Positions 39,172 through 53,723 of a stretch of DNA of 64,000 nucleotides are shown here, piece after piece (position 1 is the first letter of the stretch; each line of letters starts with the position of its first letter). The notes beneath the pieces are model-generated. The model had not been told where the DNA came from, did not search any database, and worked only from the letters and a program-made list of their open reading frames with translations. Source of the DNA: Octopus vulgaris (Eukaryota); NCBI GenBank assembly GCA_951406725.2, contig OX597817.1, positions 36,332,001 through 36,396,000 of the forward strand. Direction: 5' to 3'. The position numbers and the translations under genes are program-made.

Positions 39172-39600
39172 ACAGATGGTTTGATGTGCGCTACAGCTGT
39201 TTCAGACCTGTTCTTTATTGATAAATAAAAGAATTACATTAAGTACGAAAACACATTTCTTCGGGAGAATTAAGAGTAACATTTAACACTTTCTCTTTTG
39301 TATCTGAGAGGAAAGTGTCCTTACTCATTATTTGGTATTTGTATGAAAAATCCAAAATGATAAATTTTGCTATTAAGTCACCTGAAGAAAATGGTTTTTA
39401 CAGGATGTGATTGCTTAGTTCATCAATAAAGAACACGTCAGAAACAGCTGTAGTGAATCTCAGCCCATCTGTCTTATTATTTATAATTTACCACACTTGG
39501 AACATTCCCTGCGTTGGATCTTGAACCAGCAGTTGACTGTGGTACACGTGCCGGAATATATACCGGTGTGACTTTAAATATACGATTCTATCGGATCCTG
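39172..39600 (+). mobile_element. Pseudo-LTR with inverted partial copy and hammerhead (39378-39456)
   Basis: TCAC-CTGAAGA-(52 nt)-GAAA-CAGCTG-TA-GTGA; inverted repeat 39172-39240 / 39404-39472. Confidence 0.65.
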
Positions 39601-39636
39601 AAAATTTGAAATACACACACATACACACACACACAT

Positions 39637-39854
39637 GTTTATTCTCTTAGCTTAGTTTTTCCTTGGGGCTGGCCAGATTGGAACAATCTCAAGAATAATC
39701 ATCCGAAATTGTGAAGATAATCTGGTGCTTGACTGAGGATAGAAGGCTTCGAATCACCCGTCCTTGTTTTCTTTGTATCGTCTATCTGGATGTTTTGTTG
39801 TCCCTTTTTGTATCACCTAGCTGTCCGGATGTTTTGCGCTCCTGTCCCATTTTG

Positions 39855-39857
<3 letters not shown>
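39637..39857 (+). mobile_element. Pseudo-LTR-like repeat family P (permuted hammerhead)
   Basis: Homologous to 32890-33060; ends at (TA)n. Confidence 0.75.
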
Positions 39858-39936
<79 letters not shown>

Positions 39937-40996
39937 TATATATATATATATATACATGTACATACGAAAACGCACATACATATATGTGTATGTGTGTGAG
40001 GAAGAGAGAGAGAGAGAGTGTGTGTGTGTGTGTGTGTTCCTATATACATGAACACACAGACTACACATATATTTTGCATACACGTTGTTATGCATGCGGA
40101 TTTAGATTACGCTTTATGTTTTACATATAGTGCTGAAATACCATGATGCTGTTATCGTATCTGGATCTCAAATATATTAATTTTTCTACGATCACATGTC
40201 ATTATGCTTCTTTCACTAATGATCTTCTTTCCGTAAAGAAAACACTATATACATTGATTCCATCAATTTGTATCTTCATGAAATTGGATCACCTATGCGC
40301 CGGAAATTATTTCTGAATCTTATAATTTGACCAATATCATGTATTGAATAAGTTTATCGTCTACGCATGTTTAATAATTTTCTACCTACTAATGATTATA
40401 TCTAAGCATAAAATTAAATTAGTACAAGCTTCCAACGAACATTATAGCTTTTTTGTTACAAATAAAATACATTTTTCTAATATCGTGACCGTTAGAATTA
40501 ATATATTTTTCATGCGCTTCTATACGTTGGCTCCTATGTTCACATATATATCTTTATATTCTGGGATTAATATTGAGATACTGCTTATATATGAAGTTAT
40601 GAAATATGATGCATACATTGTGATCATGTGTAAATACATTTAAAACAAATTATTTATCACTCTATTCTAGAACTGTAAATGATTAAGTATCCCTCACAAA
40701 AATTGTTTCTCAAAGAGAAAGCAATACACATCGATATTTCATTTACTTGTATTGTTAAGAAATTGGATGTATTCTGAGTTACAAAATGTTTAAATTTTCT
40801 TGAATAGTTTGTTTTGTTTACACCATATCTTTACGACTACTTTGAAAGATGAACCTAAAGCACGATAAGATTTCTGTCAAGTTACACCTTTTGCCATATA
40901 CCAAGTCGAGTCAAAATTTTTTTCGGATTTCCACTGTTGAACTTGATATCTCCATGTTGTACCCTTAATTTGATACTACTCCAATCATTGTTCAAT

Positions 40997-41410
40997 TACT
41001 CTTTTACTTGTTTCAGTCATTTGACTGTGGCCATGCTGAAGTACCGCCTTTAGTTGAGCAAATCGGTCCCAGGAGTTTTCTTTGTAAGCCTCGTACTTAT
41101 TCTATTGGTCTTGTTTGCCTAACCGCTAAGTTACGGGGACGCAAACACACCAGCATCTGTTATATATATATATATATATATGTCTGTGTTTTTGTGACTT
41201 TGCTTGTAACCCATCACTGATTGTCGACTGCTGTTGGTGGATTTACGTTGTTTTAACTTAGCGGTTTGGCAAAAGATAGCGATAGAATAAATTCAATGCT
41301 TAAGAAAAGAACTACTGGAGCTGATTTATTCGACTAAAAATTATTTTTTAAAGCGGAGCCCCAATATGTTCCCATTCTAATGACTGAATCAAATAAAAGA
41401 TAGATAAAAG
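40997..41410. mobile_element. Two family A SINE 3' halves in opposite orientation
   Basis: Minus copy 40997-41157; more decayed plus copy 41180-41410. Confidence 0.75.
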
Positions 41411-41423
41411 ATATTAGATAAAT

Positions 41424-41462
<39 letters not shown>

Positions 41463-41748
41463 CCACACCTACTATAAATTCTTCCTATGACCTTAAACGA
41501 TACTAAACCCAACCACACACATAGATTAAAAGTCACAACCACACACAAACACACACACAGACACACGGGCTAACATTACACATACACACAGACACACACA
41601 GAGCTGCGCGCACGCACATACCTACACATACACACACAGAGCTGCGCGCACGCACATACCTACACATACACACACATACATCCTTCTCTGGTACTCTCCT
41701 GTCTTTGAAAGAACTTTTTCTTCACCCATTCCCTTCCGGTCGTTCAAT

Positions 41749-41960
41749 ATGTGACCGCGTGTGTATCGTTGGCGATTTATTTTTCCTCCGTCTTTTCTTC
41801 CTTGGATCTTTCCTTTTTATATGTTTCTGACGAAGAGCTCCGCTCGAAACGTTAAATACCCCTTCTTTCTTTCCTTTCCTGAGCGTCCAATAACATTGTA
41901 CTTATTCCACATCCTCACATTGTTGTGTTTTCTCTTTGTCTTTTCATATTTGGATTAACT
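41749..41960 (+). mobile_element. Penelope-like pseudo-LTR family Q with hammerhead (41823-41857)
   Basis: GTTT-CTGACGA-a-GAGC/GCTC-GAAACG-TT-AAAT; ends at (TA)n. Confidence 0.75.
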
Positions 41961-42003
41961 ATATATATATATATAGTTAATCCAAACATGAAATATATAT
42001 ATA

Positions 42004-42039
<36 letters not shown>

Positions 42040-42612
42040 GATATTTAAATGTGTGTGTGTATGTACGTATGTATATTTACCTATGCATATGTGTTTACAT
42101 ATACTCATATATTTGCATGCCCATATATGAAGACATTCCTAGATAAACACCACCACCACCAGCACCTCTATATGCTAATCATATATATATATACTGTTAT
42201 TGCACGTTTCCTTCTGGCTCTGTCTTTATCTTTGGCTCTGCCTCTATTTTTATCCATCTCTCTCGATTTATATGTGTCTGCAGACATATTCAAAATGGTT
42301 TTCCTAGATTTTTTTTTTCTTTATAAACCTTTGAAATCGGTATTAAAGTGAATATTCAATGAGGTTGAGACTAAGTGAGGAAACTGTAAACAAGTGGTGT
42401 GTTTTTGTGTGAGGTGATTCGTAACAGACAGAAATAAGGAGAGTTAGAGAGTGAGAGAGCGGCAGAGTGAGAGAAAGAGTGTGTGAAAAAGAAAGAAAAG
42501 ACAGAGAGAAACGGGGAGGAGAGGGAGAGGGGGAGAGGAAGAGGGAACGTGAGCGTGATGGAGTGATATAGGGACAGGTAGAAAATCTTAGATAAATATT
42601 TCCAATCAAACA

Positions 42613-43335
<723 letters not shown>

Positions 43336-44823
43336 TATGTGTGTGTGACGGCACACTGTGTCTGTATGTGACAGCATAAGTGTGGACGTTTTGGCAAAGA
43401 CGATCAATAGAGAGATAATAAGCAATTAGATGTCAACTAAGAAGTGGGTGAGATGTAAAGATACAGGTTGAAAGAAAATACGCTGTAGAGGAGTTATAAC
43501 CTGTTGGATGGATATATAAATATATACTGAGACATATTTAGAAGTGGGAGAACTGGAGCAAAAGAATAGGAGAAATTTACACGGAAGTTATGGAGAATGA
43601 GGAGAGCAATATATATCATTAAGTTACTATTCAATTTTCGTGCTTCGCATCCATAAATAAATAATTATAAAAAAATGAAAATATATAATGAAATAAAATA
43701 TATATATATACAACTTGAAACTATTCAACACGTTTTGCTACTTCAAACTAAAGCGACGAAAAATAGTCGATATATCTTGAAAATAGAGAAAAGATTGAAT
43801 GTAAGCTAAAATATATATTCCTTCCAGGTAATCTTTAATTAAAAATAAAAAACAAAATTCTCTTTCATTTTATATTTAATAATTTTTTTCTTTATTATCA
43901 ACTTTTTTAATATTATTTACATCTGTGTATTTTGATATTATTTATGTTTTTTTATTGTGTTTATAGTCCAAATAACTGATAGTAGTTTTGACTTATAGTT
44001 TTTTTCATAAAAGTATTGCAGTATCTATACCAATAGTAATACCAAGTAATCTCATGGTTTATAAAGATACACCATCGTATGACGAATGTGATATATAAGT
44101 TTCAGACGACACAAAATTACGTGGAAAACGACCATAAAATCCTGCGTATGGCAGACAAATTCTTATTTGTATATCGTCATGAAGCGATGCTTCAGAGACT
44201 GAATAACAACAATAGAATTAGAAACACACAGCAAAGAGGAGGAGCTAGAAGAAATTTTAAAACCAGAAAAGATGGCCGACATTATTCTCAGCGGTGGGGT
44301 ACTTCCTCCAAAGTACACTAGTACTTATTTTATTGTGTTATATTTGACAAAGCTCTAAATTGAGAGGCAAAAATGGACACAACTATTGTAACTAGTGTAA
44401 ACATACAATAAAACTTGTTTTTCCTTATTTTAATTGTTTCAGTTGTCGGAGTGCAGACATAGTGGGGCATCACCTTGAATGCTAATATTAAGTCTAGTTC
44501 TTAATCGATCACGTAGGCTGTACCACTGTGTAACGGAAACGTAAAAAAATCAACAGCGATTATCAAACCATGATAAAATAAAGTGTCGTAGGCGGCCAGC
44601 AGGACACAATGGAAGATCCCGGAGGGATCTTTTTTGAAATTGAATTGGTCGACCAACGTATTGCATATAAAGATAGACAGAAAGAGAGACAGACAGACAG
44701 ACAGATAGATAGATACATACATACATACATACGTACGTACATACATACATACATACATACATACATACATACATACATACATACATACATACATACATAC
44801 ATACATTCACATATATATGTATA

Positions 44824-45060
44824 CAGTAATCCCTTGCCATATCACGGTTCACCTATCCCGATTCACTTATCGCGGTTTGTTATTTAAGCTTACATCGATT
44901 CCGCTGTGGTGTTATTTTGCATCTATGATAAAATAAATATATACAAATTATAAAAATAATAAAAAATAATATACAGTACAGTCCTGTTTCTACTTCGCAG
45001 ATTTTCATCTATCACGGGTGATTTTGGAACGTAACACTCGTGATAGTCGAAGGATTACTG
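44824..45060. mobile_element. Tigger/pogo-like MITE
   Basis: TA|CAGTAATCCCT..ATCACG ... CGTGATAGTCGAAGGATTACTG|TA. Confidence 0.85.
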
Positions 45061-45254
45061 TATATTATTCTTAAACAAGAATGGAATTGACAGTGACACG
45101 GAGGCTTTGGACAGTTAAACCATTATATAGATTTGCTGACCGAAGCTTCGGTGTCGCTGTCAATGATATTCTTTTTTAGGATTAATAAATTTCAACTCCC
45201 GAAAAGCATACAGTGACCCTTCACATTTATTACGACTGAACATATAAGCAAGCA

Positions 45255-45655
<401 letters not shown>

Positions 45656-45855
45656 TGTGACCTCGTGTGTACGATTTTTTTCCCTCTGTCTTCCCTTCTC
45701 TGGATCTTTCCTTCTCCTATGTTTCCGACGAAGAGCTCCGCTCGAAACGTTAAGCCCTCCTTCTTGCTTTCTTTCCTGAGCGTCCAATAATACTATATTT
45801 GTTCCACGTCCTCGCGTTGTGTTTTTTGTGCTTTCTTGTTTGGATTAACTTTATA
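45656..45855 (+). mobile_element. Pseudo-LTR family Q, hammerhead core mutated (CCGACGA)
   Basis: Homologous to 60710-60910. Confidence 0.8.
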
Positions 45856-45863
45856 TATTTACA

Positions 45864-45958
<95 letters not shown>

Positions 45959-46067
45959 AGCTTACTTGGAAACGGTTACATGGCGTTCGCTCATATAATA
46001 ATATAAATAATATATAAACACATGCATATATACATATATGTACATACCTACATATATATGTATATAT

Positions 46068-46691
46068 ACATGTACATATGGGTACAGGGCATCCAAAGAA
46101 ACGTTGAACACAATGAGAAACGAAAACATAAAAACCAAAAGCATAGAAACGAACTTGTTTTCGAACAACGAATAAAAAACAGAGAAACGAGACATGCAAC
46201 ATAAAGAATATTCCCCTTCTTCAGTTGTTCATGTTTTAACTACTCGACGTTACGAAGGCAAGGACAAGATGCATTTCGTTGAAACAGTACTTCCTGCAAA
46301 GCAAATTAAATAAAATTTGGGTTTTTTTTTGCGGAGGGTGAAAGTGGTAACAAGAACAGGACAGTGAGAACAAATCAGTAAAAACAGTAAAAAAAAAGAG
46401 AACAATGAGAACACACTGTAAAAACAAACGTTGAGGGCTGTTAAGCCAAGACGACACGTGACACGTGACGAACGAGAATCTACCTTTCTACCTACAACCT
46501 TCGTAAAAATTAAACGTGCTTATACTGTTTCATTCATAAGCTCGTCTTCCTAAACGTTCAGAATAATTTTGTCATCGTCTTGGCTTAACAGCCCTCACTG
46601 TTCGAGAAAAAGTTCGTTTCTATGTTTTCGATTTTATGTTTTATTTTCTCATTTTGTTCAAGTATTTTTGATGTCCTGTACCCATATGTGC

Positions 46692-46698
<7 letters not shown>
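46068..46698. mobile_element. Rearranged fold-back pseudo-LTR with permuted hammerhead remnant (minus, 46213-46272)
   Basis: Inverted segments 46068-46167/46599-46698 and 46432-46455/46575-46597; TC-TTGTC..GTAA..AACAA-CTGAAGA-aGGGG. Confidence 0.6.
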
Positions 46699-46778
<80 letters not shown>

Positions 46779-46818
46779 CATATATGTATGTATATATGCA
46801 TATAAATAAAAATAAATG

Positions 46819-47065
46819 CGCCCTTTTAAAGCCTAGCCAGGCCCATGGGCCCGGTTTCCCGGTTTCAATGGCATATGTGTTCCCCAGCTGAACGGGAACG
46901 TCATTCCATCGCAGCGTTACTCATTTTTGACAGCTGAGTTGACTGGAGCAACGTGAAATGAAGTGTTTTGCTCAAGAACACAACTCTTCGCCAGGTCCTG
47001 AAATCGAAATCACAATCTTACGGCCATTATGCTGACACCCTAACCACTAAGACACGCACCTCCAC
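46819..47065 (-). mobile_element. tRNA-derived SINE family C
   Basis: Head GGAGGTGCGTGTCTTAGTGGTTAGGGTG, body CTCCAGTCAACTCAGCTG, tail shared with 47911-48170. Confidence 0.8.
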
Positions 47066-47910
47066 ATATATACATATATTTATATATTATTTATATCATA
47101 TCATATCATATTATATTATATTATACATACATAAATATATATATATATAAACCTTTTAACCCACACTTGAGTACGTAGATCACTTTGACATTATAACTAA
47201 TTCATTTACACTATGTTCATAGATCTGTTGAAGTACATATTTACTTAAAATATGACTAAATGCGCTTCAGGTTCAATGTTCACGTTATATTATTGAGTTA
47301 ATAATTATTAAATTCTAGTCAATTTTCGAAAAGAGAATTCCCATTTGAAAATATTGGAGAATTTAGAATGATCAGACAAATGGCGGCCCAAACTCTTTAA
47401 GCGAAATCGCAGATTGCTCGTAAATCGATCAGTATTTTAATTCATGGTTAAAGTCAAATACTTCGCAATTATTAACAATGATCTGATTTACTTATGTGAT
47501 TCTTTTCATATGATTGATTCAATGTGTGTGTATGTGTGTGTGTGAGCGTATGAGTGTATGTGTTGATATAATGTACGTAGATGGACGGTAAATTATGATT
47601 ATGAGAGAGGTAATCATGAAAAAATAAATCAAATGTGTCAACATTTTCAGCTGGACTTATAAAGAATATCCGTATCTATCCACAGGATATTAGATTTTGA
47701 TAACAGGAAACGTCCGAAATAGTTTTAATGGCGAAGGTACAGTGTAAATTGGAATTGCTAAATATGTCAAAATGAAGGTGGATTTACAATATGACTAGAC
47801 CTATGTTGCTATTTTTGGCACATGTAATGCAAGCTATGTATGTATACATGCGTGAGTGTGTGTATGTATACATGTGCGTGTGTCTGTATATGTATGTATA
47901 AATATATGTT

Positions 47911-48170
47911 TGTTCCTTCTCGAGCCACGCCTGGCTCATAGGGCCGGTTTACGGGTTTTCTTGGCGTATAGGTTCCCCACCTGGACGTAACGCCGGTCAG
48001 TTGCAGGTGAGCTGCAAGATGCAGGAGGAAAGAATGAGAGAAAGTTGGGGGGAAAGAGTCAGCAGACGTTTCGCCATTACTTTCTGCCGGAGCCGCGTAG
48101 AGCTTAGGTGTCTCGCTCAGAAACATACACATCAGTCCGCTGCTCTAACCCCTAGGCCATGTGCCTCCAC
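47911..48170 (-). mobile_element. tRNA-derived SINE family D, partly deleted
   Basis: Head GGAGGCACATGGCCTAGGGGTTAGAGCAGCGG; tail GGCCCTATGAGCCAGGC. Confidence 0.75.
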
Positions 48171-48602
48171 ATATATAACTATATGCTTCTTTCTATTTAT
48201 TAGCATTCTTTCCAAAAGAAGCGAGCTGGTTTCTGACAAGGAACAACAGCTCCATCACTGGAATTTGGACACAAGTAGAATGCATTTAAGAATAGGTCTG
48301 CCGAATAACAGTTAACCCTGGGTTAAACAACAACAACAACAACACAAACAATTTCTACTATTAGATTTGTCATTATTAACATAGCCATATTTAATTGCCA
48401 TGTTATCATTCGCCGCCATTAACTGTCCTCTTCATCTAAGACCGTTATCATTGATGTCATTAATCAGATACTACTAATCCCATTACGTGTGTGCGTGCAT
48501 TTATGTAGGGTCTTTTTGATGTATGAATGTATGTGGGCTTTTATATGTGCTTAAATAGATGTTTGCCATCGTCAGTGTATGTGTGTATTTACAGAAGAAA
48601 GT

Positions 48603-48682
<80 letters not shown>

Positions 48683-48822
48683 TTATCTATTAGTCTGTCT
48701 GCCTATTTCTCTCTGTCTATACATACATATATGCATATACGTGTATATATATATATTTGAAAAACGCTCTATGAACTAAGATTTATATTATTAAAAAATA
48801 AAAATAAATAATAAATCAAATC

Positions 48823-48893
<71 letters not shown>

Positions 48894-48904
48894 CATAGAA
48901 GGGA

Positions 48905-49150
48905 AAAAAATTCACAGCGACAATGCTCTTTTCAATACCTGTCACGTACCAGTTAACATAATCTATCGCACTTTCTGCATGGATGGTAAGCCAGGGAAAC
49001 CCCACAAATAATTCTCAATTCCTCTTTTGATCATTCCGAGGGGCCCTACAATCATTGGTTATGTAACCGCTTTGAAATGCCACATTTCTTTTCGATTTCA
49101 ACCAGCAAATTTTTATATTTTCTGAGCTTATCAAATTCTTTTGCCGAAAT
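48905..49150 (-). mobile_element. R4/Dong-like LINE 3' end next to (TAA)n
   Basis: NNISAKEFDKLRKYKNLLVEIEK, MW..K.V..PMIVGALGMIK, LTGT..VLKRAL. Confidence 0.8.
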
Positions 49151-49157
49151 ATTGTTA

Positions 49158-49218
<61 letters not shown>

Positions 49219-49223
49219 TATTA

Positions 49224-49260
<37 letters not shown>

Positions 49261-49288
49261 TATTATTGTTGTTGTTGTTGTTGTTGTT

Positions 49289-49452
49289 GAGTGAGACAGC
49301 AGTCCATGCTATCAAAGTGACACCGGGGTAAAATATACATCTCGCTCAAAAGGTCCCTCAATAAGTATTGTTTAAGGACGTTGTATTGGGCAGAATATTC
49401 GCTGTAACTCATCTTTTATACCAAGACAAAACATGTACTTGATAGTACTTCC
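49289..49452 (-). mobile_element. Deleted copy of the TAA-associated non-coding element at 57248-57766
   Basis: Shares 3' end GTGTCACTTTGAT.GCATG.ACTGCT.TCTCACTC and 5' segments. Confidence 0.7.
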
Positions 49453-50211
49453 TGCTAGATGACAGACCCATTGAGGTATTGTTGACAGTGGTTAATGATA
49501 CAGGCCTGAAGTATTTACAATACAATTATCGACAAATAAATACCTGTTTATATGCTCTCTCCACATTTGCTAAGCACTGTCTTTACGTTACTAAAGAAGC
49601 AAACAAAAGACAATATCAAACTGCCATCATATATTTCAACAATGGAAACTGTATTGCTGATCTACGAAAGACAATCAGTCATGTGGTCATATTTATCACT
49701 GGCAAGCAAACAACTACACTTGTCACCAATAAAATAGAAATAAAGTTTGGAGGTAATAAAAAAGGGAAGACTTAAGTACAAAATGTTAACCATCAAATTG
49801 AAGTCAAAGATATTAGTGTGAAAATCCAGCATCAAATGAGAGAAAAGTAATAAAGAAGAAACTCGGTCACAATCAATCATTATAAGTAATATTAGATAGT
49901 TAATAAAAGTTACAAAGTGTTATTGCCAGGAGGAAATTCTAGTGTGAGTAAAAGAAGTGCAGTCAAGATTCGATGTGACTAGGAGAAATCAGAAGATAGA
50001 GTATTGTTTCTTATTACACCAGAATCAAACCTTCATGCCTTGAAAATGTGATAGAAAAGCTTCAGGATAGGGAAGTATAAGACAGACGCTGGATAGTCGG
50101 CTGCTGGTACAAAGCATAAACTGATGAGCTATTGAGAATCTTATTCATCTTTATTAGCAATGTATAACAAACCATCTGGCATTGACAAAAACATATATAT
50201 ATATATATATT

Positions 50212-50395
50212 GGGAGAATTCATGAAAAACAAAGACGAAGACAGGTGGTGTAGAAAACAAACATATGTATTAGTATAACGCTCGGGATTTGAAAAAGTTT
50301 TTTACGTTTCGAGCCTACGCTCTTTCACAGAAAGGAACACAGAAAGAAACAAGGAGAGAAAAAAATGTGTAGTGACTACCGATCTATCATGGTGA

Positions 50396-50398
<3 letters not shown>
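50212..50398 (-). mobile_element. Pseudo-LTR related to family Q, between (TA)n tracts
   Basis: GAGCGTAGGCTC-GAAACGTA with decayed core. Confidence 0.65.
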
Positions 50399-50443
<45 letters not shown>

Positions 50444-51056
50444 ATATACCTATATATAACTTATAGCTAATCACATGTCGAAGAAGAACTAGAAACTAAG
50501 TGCATGTCCAGATTTTAATGTACGAAATACATACAGCCTGTCTGATCTTAGTTCTCTCTGACTACTACGGTATAGCCTTGATTATAGCTCAACAAACATC
50601 AGGGAAATGAGTGATTGAGGCATATGTTTGCAGTTTGGCGGATTACAAGACCGCAGTTGATAAAGTTTCCCACTTGTATGACCTAGACGCCCTTTGCCTA
50701 TTCTGGAGGCCATATTTTTGGTTTACCTTGATATGTAATATCGGATAAAAGAATGTCATGTCTTTCACAATGACGTTTTCCGTGTTAAGGTCCTTCGCAA
50801 TGACGTTTTCCATATGTTCTGGATTTCTCTAGAAGCTTCTTGAACTCTATACTTCCCTACATTTAGACAATCATGACAACAGCTTTACAATAAAAAAGAA
50901 GAAATCTCGCAAAAGAATTAATACTTTGCAATTGTATCTTACATTCGGTGCGATCCTTATTGCACACATCCATAAACCCAACGATTCATGATCGCGCCTA
51001 TGGCCTTTGTCAAAAATCAGCCACAGAAATTATCATATCAGCCAATCATTTCTTAC

Positions 51057-51141
51057 CCTTGGAATTGTTCCGTTGAAGTGGGAGATATATTACTAATTAT
51101 AATGGCCTTTAGTTCAAAAAGTATATCTTTCTGAATGAAGT
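51057..51141 (-). CDS. Candidate exon (FIQKDILFELKAIIISNISPTSTEQFQ)
   Basis: Acceptor cctgtttcag, donor AGG|gtaaga, open frame; no homology recognised. Confidence 0.25.
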
Positions 51142-52241
51142 CTGAAACAGGTTCACATTCGTTTTATCAATGTCCATGAAGTATAAGTGGCAATTAGAAA
51201 GTTAGATCCGTCAGGAGAAACCCCAAGTAATGCGGAGCTTAAGTATGACAGTAGTGCTGCAACTGAAAATATCGATGTTTCTGAAAACTACATTAACATG
51301 TATACCATGACTCCTAAAGTCACACGCACATTGGCGCTACAAACTGGTGAATCGTCTAAGAATATTGTGTTGCATCGCTCGACTCATATTAAAAGACCTA
51401 TTCAAAAGTATTATTACATTTGAATATTTTATATTTTATGTTTACATTTAAAATATTGAAATTTTCAGATATTATTCTGAAAATATTGTGCGCAAGTAAT
51501 TTTATTTTAGTTTTTGTGTGGATGTGGAAAGGATGTAATAATATTATGTAAATAATGCTATTTCATAATAATAATAATGATAATGATAATAATAATAATA
51601 CGCGTGTGATTCTGCAATTACTATCTGCTACAAATAAATGTACAGGTAAATTACTATGACTACCGTCTGCTATTTGATACAACCTATAACATTATGTGAA
51701 CTTAGACTTGATATACATTGATTTTACACACATGTATTTATGCAAAGATACATGTATACACAAATGCATATAGACATGGGTGGTTATCCGTAGGCGTCGA
51801 AGATGATACAGTTGTTGATCAACTGAATTACCTGCTCATTGAATTAACCTCTAACTGGCCAAGGATTCCACAGGTACGTGTATCCGTAATGTAATTCTCA
51901 GACCGGATTAGCGTGACACAGTGTTAAAGGCTGTATCTTAAGATTATATGTAGTATGTACCACTCGATGGGCTTATATACAGTTTTTGTTAACCCAGTTT
52001 CATCCAGGAGGTATAGTCGGGCTGAAGCTATAGAAAATTACATTTCTTTTATGTCACTCGGTGGAATTGAACCTCAGTCTTCAAAATTGCAAACTGATAT
52101 GCTTCAATCTTCAACCATAAAAACAGGCATGCATACAAACACACATACACATGCGCGTGCGTGCATACATACATAGAAAAGCACACATGTGCATCCATAC
52201 ATAAGTATATACATACAAAAATCTACATGCAAGTATATATG

Positions 52242-52657
52242 TTTCTTTATTACCCACAAGGGGCTAAACATAGAGGGGACAAACAAGGACAGACAAACGG
52301 ATTAAGTCGATTACATCGACTGCAGTGCGTAACTGGTACTTAATTTATCGACCCCGAAAGGATAAAAGGCTAAGTCGACCTCGGCGGAATTTGAACTCAG
52401 AACGTAACGACAGACGAAATACCTATTTCTTTACTACCCACAAGGGGCTAAACACAGAAAGGACAAACAAGGACAGACAAACGGATTAAGTTGAGTATAT
52501 CGACCCCAGTGCGTAACTGGTACTTATTTAATCGACACCGAAAGTATAAAAGGCAAAGTCAACCTTGGCGGAATTTGAACTCAGAACGTAGCGGCAGACG
52601 AAATACCGCTAAGCATTTTGTCCGGCGTGCTAACGTTTCTGCCAGCTCGCCGCCTTT
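52242..52657 (-). mobile_element. SINE family B dimer
   Basis: Two units, same architecture as 4205-4610. Confidence 0.9.
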
Positions 52658-53723
52658 CACGAGTACACTTATCATTGGCCGAATCAACGTGAAAGAGTGT
52701 AACAATGCTAGTCTTTTAAATTACAAGTCTACTCCGCAAAGGAATTTACCCAAATATTTCAAGTGTACCATAGAGTGTGGCCACTACTCTTCCTAACTTC
52801 TATGCACTATAAATAAAACAGGCTTTTTCTGGGAAAGAATTCTAATAACATCCTGCGCCTTGATATATCAAGAAAAATAAAATAAAAGGAACAAGTATTG
52901 AAGGCTATTTAATAACACGGTTCCTTACCGGTAATGTTTCAGGTTACGTTATACTGCTGCCAATGTTGATCTATCCTTCATCGTAATATTCTAATTAGAG
53001 GGATATTAAAATTACTTATAAAATGAATATTAAAGATGTATCTAAATACAAAAAAAAACCCTGGATGTCCATAGGAATTTCCCCGTGGTGATTTGTGTTA
53101 TAAATTTGTCCAGCTGCGAATGACATAAAATTGAACCTAAGACTTTGCTGATAACTAATAATACTTCCGGGAAACCCCATGTATTTTAATGCCCTTCAGA
53201 CCAGCTTTACTGTCGAAGTAGATTACCTACCATTAATGCCGCTTTTTTACACTAATTTATTGATTAAAGTGTAATTCCTAACATCAAGACCTATCAATTT
53301 CGTAGTAATTTCGAATAAATTATTTTTCGAAGAGATTTTGAAGAAAAATTGCCTGTAGACCTTAATTGTCGACAGCCAAAGGACAACAATAAAATAAAAG
53401 AGATGCAGTAAATACTTAACACGAACCATCACCTTCAACAGCAATTGTTAAATAAATATAGTAAACATAAATTACTGTGCGTGTTAAGATACGACATCAT
53501 AGCTTTTTTAAAAATTTAAACACAGATACTGCCGAACTGGAACCCTCACGATATATTCAAATGAAGGACAATGATAATATTTTAATATTATCTTAGGGCA
53601 TAAAAAGCAAGAAATGCATAAACTGAGTTTTGAAGATACAAAGTTTGGAGAAACATGCAATGATTTCTCGAAATATCACCAAGAAATAATATCAATATTC
53701 ATCGATGACATCACTAAGCTCTT

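Noticed and set aside
50118-50160. CTGATGA motif
   Set aside because: No GAAA or supporting stems
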